Program-made: the position numbers and the translations under genes | Notes under the pieces: generated by a model | Databases searched by the model: none | Seen by the model: only the letters and a program-made list of their open reading frames with translations | What the model was told of the DNA's origin: nothing | Source: a virus | Virus record (IMG/VR): IMGVR_UViG_3300016476_001289 | Reading direction: 5' to 3' (one strand) | Length of the DNA stretch: 64,000 nt | In this document: positions 57,959 to 64,000 of the stretch, piece after piece | How the letters are laid out: each line of letters opens with the position of its first letter | Position numbering within the stretch: position 1 is the first letter of the stretch

Positions 57959-59902
57959 ATGAGTAAGTTATTAGAACCTACATTAACCTATAAACCTTTT
58001 CACTACCCCTGGGCTATGGAATATGCTGAAAAGCATGAAAAAATCCATTGGGGTACATGGGAAGCTAAACTACAAGAAGATGTTAAACAATGGAAGAATG
58101 GTGGTCTTACAGACCATGAAAGAAAACACATTACTTCTATTCTTAGAATCTTCACCCAAAGTGATTGTGCCGTAGCAGGTAATTACTGCGACCAATTTAT
58201 TCCTGTTTTCAAGAATAATGAGATTAGGAATATGTTGTTAAGCTTTGCCAATCGTGAAGGTACTCACCAAAGAGCCTATGCTTTATTGAATGATACTTTA
58301 GGTCTAGCTGAAGAAGAATACTCAAGTTTCTTATCTTATACAGAGATGAAAGATAAAATTGAGTTTATGCAAGAGTCGGGTATTCATAATGATCACCCTA
58401 CTTTAAAAGCTATTGCTACATCATTAGCACAAGCAGTATGTAATGAAGGTATGAGTTTATTTTCGGCTTTCGTTATGCTTTTAAATTATCAAAGATTTGG
58501 TAAAATGAAAGGGATGTGTGAAATTGTTGAATGGAGTATTAAAGATGAAACTTGCTTTACACCTGATACTGAGATTCTAACTGAGAAAGGGTGGGTTTCA
58601 TTTGAGTCTTTACCTAAAGATTTAAAAGTTGCTCAATATAACTCGGATACACAAGAAGTCTCTTTTGTATTACCTATGGAATATATAGATAAAGAATATC
58701 AAGGGGATCTCGTCACCTTTAAAAACATGAAGTGTGGGATTGATATAACAGCAACAGCTGACCATGATTTACTTTACCTACATTCTTATAAAGATGGTTT
58801 AAAGCCATCTAAGGTGAAGTTTAATGACTTTGAACCTCATTATAGAAAAAAGATTATTGTATCAGGATGGAAGCAAGAAGGTGAATGGGAATCTCTTACA
58901 GCTAAGGATAGATTCTTAATCGCTTTACAAGCTGATGGTTCTCTTGATTATCGTATTAAAGAATATGGTAAAAACACAGGACTTAAGAAAGTCCATTTCT
59001 CTTTAAAGAAAGATAGAAAGAACGAAAGACTACAAGGAATTTTAGATGAATTAGGGTGGAAGTATACTAAGACTTATAATGAGAAGAGAGGAGATTATAC
59101 TTGGTATGTATGGAGTTCTGATTTAACCTTATCTAAGACTTTTAATTGGGTAGATTTATCTAAAGCTACAAGTCAATGGGCAGAAGAATTTATCAAGGAA
59201 CTTATGTTTTGGGATGGTCATGATGTTAATAAAGATGGTCAGACTATTTATTATTCTTCAGTAGAGTCTTCTAATGTAGATGTAATTCAAGCATTAGCTA
59301 CTTTTGCTAATATTAAATGCTCTAGGTCTTTAAAAGAAGATATTAGAAAAGATAGTTATAAAGACACCCATAGATTATGGTTATATTTAGACACCTCTTA
59401 TATTCCTACAGGCAATACTAAAAAGACAGTTAAGACCTATGTAGGTCGTGTTATGTGTGTATCTGTCCCTACAGGTAATATTATTGTAAGACAAAACAAT
59501 AAGGTGGCTATCGTAGGTAATTGCCATGTTGAAGCGATGAATAAGTTATTTCAAACTTTCTGTGAAGAAAACCCAAGAGTAGTCAATAATGAATTGAAGA
59601 AGCAAATCTATACTAACTTTACTAAAGCAGTAGAATTAGAAGATGCTTTAGTCAATTTGATATATGAGAATGATGAAAATGAGATTTGCACCTTAAAGGG
59701 TAAAGATATTAAAACTTATGTGAGATATTTAGCAGATCGTAGATTATTACAATTAGGCTTAAAACCTATCTTTGAACAAAAAGAGAATCCATTACCCTGG
59801 TTAGATTGGATTGTGTCAGGTGATAGTTTCAAGAATTTCTTTGAGGGTGTGGTAACAGATTATAATGCTAGTGGTATGAGTGGTGAGTGGGGTTGGGATT
59901 AA
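57959..59902 (+). CDS. nrdB: ribonucleotide reductase beta subunit with intein
   Basis: YKPFHYPW, FTQSD, REGTHQRAY, EGMSLFSAF, DET|CH, NFFE; 324-aa extein. Confidence 0.92.
   Translation: MSKLLEPTLTYKPFHYPWAMEYAEKHEKIHWGTWEAKLQEDVKQWKNGGLTDHERKHITSILRIFTQSDCAVAGNYCDQFIPVFKNNEIRNMLLSFANREGTHQRAYALLNDTLGLAEEEYSSFLSYTEMKDKIEFMQESGIHNDHPTLKAIATSLAQAVCNEGMSLFSAFVMLLNYQRFGKMKGMCEIVEWSIKDETCFTPDTEILTEKGWVSFESLPKDLKVAQYNSDTQEVSFVLPMEYIDKEYQGDLVTFKNMKCGIDITATADHDLLYLHSYKDGLKPSKVKFNDFEPHYRKKIIVSGWKQEGEWESLTAKDRFLIALQADGSLDYRIKEYGKNTGLKKVHFSLKKDRKNERLQGILDELGWKYTKTYNEKRGDYTWYVWSSDLTLSKTFNWVDLSKATSQWAEEFIKELMFWDGHDVNKDGQTIYYSSVESSNVDVIQALATFANIKCSRSLKEDIRKDSYKDTHRLWLYLDTSYIPTGNTKKTVKTYVGRVMCVSVPTGNIIVRQNNKVAIVGNCHVEAMNKLFQTFCEENPRVVNNELKKQIYTNFTKAVELEDALVNLIYENDENEICTLKGKDIKTYVRYLADRRLLQLGLKPIFEQKENPLPWLDWIVSGDSFKNFFEGVVTDYNASGMSGEWGWD
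58553..59521 (+). mobile_element. 323-aa intein with LAGLIDADG endonuclease
   Basis: CFTPDTEILTEKGW block A, TADH block B, FLIALQADG and ELMFWDG, VMCVSVPTG...IVGN followed by Cys+1. Confidence 0.92.
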
Positions 59903-60741
59903 TCTTCCCAACCATCGCCTTCGGGTTCAGACATTGGACCCCATTTAGTCATATGTTGAGAACTTAGACCACTATTTGACCTTCTAATTCTCTTATGATG
60001 AATTTCTTCCTTTAAATTTAAGAAGATCCCAGCAAAAGTTTTACTCCATTCTTTAGTTTGGATGACTTGACCTTGTTCATTTAAACCATATTCGTCCCAT
60101 ACTTGTTTAAATAGGGGATTTTCAAAACCACCGAACTGAGAATATTGGTATCCTAGTTTGCTTAGGGCATCTAGAATAAGTCTTTCAAATTTAGTTTCAT
60201 CATCAAATTCAGCAGACTTATTAAAAAGAGGAACAATAAACTTCTCTAAGTTGAAAAGAATAGATTGGAAGATAGCTTGTTCTTTAATCTGTTTAGTTTC
60301 TTCATTTCTTAAAGAAGAAAGAATATCTTTATCAAAGTCGGGATTAGGAATATCCCATTTTTGAACTAGTTTGTCATAGATAAGTCTTGCCTTATCTTGA
60401 TCTTTAGCATAGGCTATTTTAACAAAATTAAAGATATATTCAGCATTAGTAGAGATATGCCATTCAGTAATTTCAATAGACTTCTTATTGTTTTGGTTGG
60501 TGATTTGAAAACCCTCAGCAACACTTTCATCATTTTCTCTGTCCCAGATAGTACATTTAAATCTTGACACTTCACCATATTTAGGGGTTTCGGGGTGTCT
60601 TGAAGTATCAACTACGAGTTTTCTTTTACGAATATCATTTGTAAGAGAGACAAGACCTGTATATAGTTCATCGGAAAGAGAAGGCAAGTGCCATATTTTT
60701 TTAGGAAGTAATCTTCCATTAGGGATTTGTTTAGCAAACAT
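59899..60741 (-). CDS. hypothetical protein
   Basis: 280 aa, AAGGAG SD on the minus strand. Confidence 0.65.
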   Translation of the reverse strand: MFAKQIPNGRLLPKKIWHLPSLSDELYTGLVSLTNDIRKRKLVVDTSRHPETPKYGEVSRFKCTIWDRENDESVAEGFQITNQNNKKSIEITEWHISTNAEYIFNFVKIAYAKDQDKARLIYDKLVQKWDIPNPDFDKDILSSLRNEETKQIKEQAIFQSILFNLEKFIVPLFNKSAEFDDETKFERLILDALSKLGYQYSQFGGFENPLFKQVWDEYGLNEQGQVIQTKEWSKTFAGIFLNLKEEIHHKRIRRSNSGLSSQHMTKWGPMSEPEGDGWED

Positions 60742-60802
60742 AGATAAAGCTCCTTATTGGTATAATACATATATTAAGTACCTTAAAAGAGGAAATATAA
60801 AA

Positions 60803-61093
60803 ATGAAATTAAGATTCATAAAGAAGTATATAGATGAGAGTGATCCTTCTATATTAGTAATAGAAGCAGATGTGTTTAAATCAAAGCACCAACCTACACC
60901 CGATGAGAGAGTATGTTTAAGAGTACCTGTGGAAACGGGGTATACAAAGAAAGGACTTAAAGAACAGGTGAGTAATCCTATGGGTGAAGAAATACCTGAA
61001 GAGATAGATTTTGAGAATTTAGGTGTATATAATATATCTATGTTATACTTGGTGATGAATTACTTATATAGGTATTTAGGTCTTTTGGTTTAG
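60803..61093 (+). CDS. hypothetical protein
   Basis: 96 aa, GAGGA SD. Confidence 0.6.
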   Translation: MKLRFIKKYIDESDPSILVIEADVFKSKHQPTPDERVCLRVPVETGYTKKGLKEQVSNPMGEEIPEEIDFENLGVYNISMLYLVMNYLYRYLGLLV

Positions 61094-61144
61094 ATAAATA
61101 TTTAATAATCAATCTTTAATATGTAATCTATACGGGAGTAGAAT

Positions 61145-64000
61145 ATGATAGACAGACTTATGAATCCATATAAAAGAAATATTCTTTTAAAATTAAAGGC
61201 GAAGTATAAGGGGGTATGGAAAGATTTATATGCGATATTTGAATTATATCAATTTCTAATACAGCTAGATGAGTATCTGGTCTTAACACTTAAAGATAGT
61301 AGTATATATAGTTCTTTAGAAGATAAATTTATGACTTTTCTTAAAGAGTTTAAAAGGCATTATGAAATAGAAGATATTGTTAAACTAACACATATAAGAA
61401 AGACACTACAAATTATAGATGTTGCTTTAAAAGATATGAGTATAGACAATAAGGCTTTTATTATCAAGTTGGGGCATAATCCTAGATTTAAAGAATCTTT
61501 AAAAGGGGTGCAAGATCTAGTAGAGTTTCTGTTTAGAATTAACCAAATACCTTTTGTATTAACATATAGGACATCACCTAATGGTTTTAAGTATCTTGAG
61601 TTTAAATACAATAGTAGGAATTTAGAAGTAGATTCAAATGACCCTATTAAATTACAACTTGAGATCAATAATAAACTTGTAGAATATCAAGAATTAGAAA
61701 AGAGTAGGTATATCAAAGAGAAAAACCTTAGTCTTAACATACAAGAACTTAGGGGTGAAGAATATGCTATTGCTATAAAACCGGATGGTAAGGTAGATAG
61801 TATCTATACAACAGACAATAAACAACATAGAACAATAGAACTAGCAATACAACATAATGAAGACAAAAAAGTTATAAGTGAGAATTATAACAAGTTCTCA
61901 TTAAATGACGATAAATTACTTTTTGATGGTGAAGTATATGGGATTGTAGAAAGAGTAGATAACTTAGAAGAAAGAATTAATAAATTCAACACAGAGTTAG
62001 TTGAGTATAATAGTTTCTTAAAAGAATATGAAGAAAAAGAGTCGAATCCTGTAACATCTGTCTCTTTATCTGAGAATGAACTTACAAGACAAGTATCCAT
62101 AGTTAATATTAAAGATGATAGGGGGTTAGTGAGACCTGTCATTATAGAAGGTAAATTTAAAGGTGTGTATTTAGATCAAATTGTATCTAGTATAGGTCAT
62201 ATGTTAGATACTGAATTTTATATGGTGCATACGGATAGTCAGGTGGTGGAAAAAATAAAAAACAATACTAACCTCTTAAACGAGCCTTATATTACATTAG
62301 AAGGTAATAGTCTTGTGTTGTATTTACCCTTAAGGGCAGTTAAAGAAAAACAAGCTATATCTAAACTAGCCACACCTAAAAATAAGAATGAGTTTTATGT
62401 TGATGTAGAGAATTACTTAGACCTTAGAACTTATTTAGGATCTGTTATTTTATCTAAGTCAGCTAAAGACTATATCTTTAGATATTTCCAAATAGAAGAA
62501 AAGAAAACCTACTTAAAAATATCAGACCATTTAAATAAGTATAGTACTCTTAAAATAGATGGTTTTAAAAAAGACATTCCTGAACTTACACTAAATGAAA
62601 AACAAGCTCTTGATTGGGTGGAGAATAATGTTAATGGGATTATAGGTCTTAATAAAGATATTGAGAAAATAGCTTTAGCTTTAGCGTTGAAAAACACTAA
62701 GAATAACTACTTACTTGTATCTAAAGAAAAAGGTGGTCTAGCTAAAGAAGTTCATAATTCTTGTGAACTATTTCCTGTAAATCTTAAAGAGATAACACCT
62801 AGTGAAGTTAATAAGATCAACCCGGATAAATACGATAAGATTCTATTTAATAATGTGGAAGGTGCAATATCACATAAGAATAAGTATTACTTCACAGAGC
62901 CATCTGTGTCTAATAGGATAGATATGTTATTTCACCTTAATAAGTTTGTAAATAACTTAGCTTATACAGAAAATGAAAAGACAACATGGTGTTCTAAATA
63001 CTCACATAAAGTAGTAGATACTTATGTAGGTATAAAAAATGAGACAAGTGAAGAATTCTTTGAATGGTTAAGAGAAAATTGTCTTATCTTATCTAAGAAA
63101 GACATAACACTAGAATCTGCTCTTGGGATTAAAGAAGAAGATAAACAAAGTGATATTCAAGTAACTAAAATAGATTCTCAAATAGAAGGTCTTTATATAA
63201 CCACAAGTAAAGAGATTACAAATAACCTTAAAAGTGGGAATCTAGATAAAAAAGCATTTGCCAATAAAATTGAGATTCTCACCCTACTTCTCAATAATCC
63301 TAAAAAAGCACTTTCTATATTAGGTAAAAGTATCCCTAATTTATCTAACCCTAAAATCAATAAAGCGATTGCTCTCGTTAAACAAAATGAAGGTAAAACT
63401 TTATTCTTTACTGAAGATGATGACCTTGCAGAAGAAAACTCTTCTCTTATATCTAAACAAATACCAGGTCTCCATGCTTATGTTCATAGTGGTGTTATTT
63501 ATATCTATGAGAATGGATATAAAGTTAAAAGTAAAACAAATACATATAAAACAATAACAGCTAGTCATTATGACTTAAACAATGTAAATACCAGTGATTA
63601 TAGTTTATATGTTCACCTAGATAGAGGTAATTATAGCACCCAAGTCTTATCTGAAAGATCTTCTCTTATAGGAGATAAAAAAGAAGTATATATAGATGCT
63701 ATATCTTCAAATCCCACCTTAGATAGAATATTCTCTCAATTATCATTAGAACAAAAAGAAGAAATTGAAAAAGTCTTTGAAGAACACAAACCTGTTTATA
63801 TTAAAGTTAATGCTAATCAAGAAGGTTTAAAGATCAATAGAGATTTACTTGAAGCTTGTGTTTCAGCTAACCCATCTTTATATCCTCTTGTAAATAAAAG
63901 AATTGTAGAAGGTGATAAATACCCACTTATCAATAAATCTTTCTTAGATGATAAAAGAATAGAGAAGCTAGAAAAAAACAATCCCCATGTTATAGCTAAA
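61145..64000 (+). CDS. large protein (>950 aa, truncated by window end) with degenerate SNF2/SF2 helicase-like region
   Basis: Absent from the ORF track (no stop in window); GGGAG SD, ATG at 61145, frame reads open by hand translation; helicase-like motif order with eroded catalytic residues. Confidence 0.7.
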   Translation, partial: MIDRLMNPYKRNILLKLKAKYKGVWKDLYAIFELYQFLIQLDEYLVLTLKDSSIYSSLEDKFMTFLKEFKRHYEIEDIVKLTHIRKTLQIIDVALKDMSIDNKAFIIKLGHNPRFKESLKGVQDLVEFLFRINQIPFVLTYRTSPNGFKYLEFKYNSRNLEVDSNDPIKLQLEINNKLVEYQELEKSRYIKEKNLSLNIQELRGEEYAIAIKPDGKVDSIYTTDNKQHRTIELAIQHNEDKKVISENYNKFSLNDDKLLFDGEVYGIVERVDNLEERINKFNTELVEYNSFLKEYEEKESNPVTSVSLSENELTRQVSIVNIKDDRGLVRPVIIEGKFKGVYLDQIVSSIGHMLDTEFYMVHTDSQVVEKIKNNTNLLNEPYITLEGNSLVLYLPLRAVKEKQAISKLATPKNKNEFYVDVENYLDLRTYLGSVILSKSAKDYIFRYFQIEEKKTYLKISDHLNKYSTLKIDGFKKDIPELTLNEKQALDWVENNVNGIIGLNKDIEKIALALALKNTKNNYLLVSKEKGGLAKEVHNSCELFPVNLKEITPSEVNKINPDKYDKILFNNVEGAISHKNKYYFTEPSVSNRIDMLFHLNKFVNNLAYTENEKTTWCSKYSHKVVDTYVGIKNETSEEFFEWLRENCLILSKKDITLESALGIKEEDKQSDIQVTKIDSQIEGLYITTSKEITNNLKSGNLDKKAFANKIEILTLLLNNPKKALSILGKSIPNLSNPKINKAIALVKQNEGKTLFFTEDDDLAEENSSLISKQIPGLHAYVHSGVIYIYENGYKVKSKTNTYKTITASHYDLNNVNTSDYSLYVHLDRGNYSTQVLSERSSLIGDKKEVYIDAISSNPTLDRIFSQLSLEQKEEIEKVFEEHKPVYIKVNANQEGLKINRDLLEACVSANPSLYPLVNKRIVEGDKYPLINKSFLDDKRIEKLEKNNPHVIAK

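Noticed and set aside
1-64000. Stop-codon recoding, tRNA or rRNA genes
   Set aside because: Known genes are full length in code 11 and end at TAA/TAG; no cloverleaf or rRNA-like segment seen in the short intergenic gaps

Overview
AT-rich window from a large tailed dsDNA phage (jumbo-phage-like), standard genetic code, densely coding. It contains three gene groups. (i) Head morphogenesis: terminase large subunit, portal, prohead protease, acidic scaffold, decoration protein and HK97-fold major capsid protein, surrounded by many unknown proteins carrying a recurring [K/R]-x-A motif. (ii) Recombination and replication: RuvC-like resolvase, RecA, a Rad50/SbcC split into two genes, Mre11/SbcD, a Cas4-like nuclease, beta clamp, and clamp-loader delta/delta-prime-like proteins. 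(iii) Nucleotide metabolism and DNA modification: dCMP deaminase, NrdA, intein-containing NrdB, two C5 methyltransferases, an ABC-ATPase/GNAT fusion, SAM decarboxylase and a pyrimidine-dimer glycosylase. The most unusual element is a translationally coupled array of seven ~75-aa paralogues (16743-18337). They resemble an isolated target-recognition subdomain of DNA methyltransferase/restriction enzymes and are joined by a conserved palindromic junction. Also notable are two promoter-plus-terminator small-RNA units (46122-46425), one with an anti-Shine-Dalgarno loop matching a phage RBS, a five-gene HExxH metallopeptidase family sharing the capsid-operon upstream motif, and an apparently inactivated SNF2-like helicase running off the right end. 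Family assignments come from motif recognition only; no searches were run.
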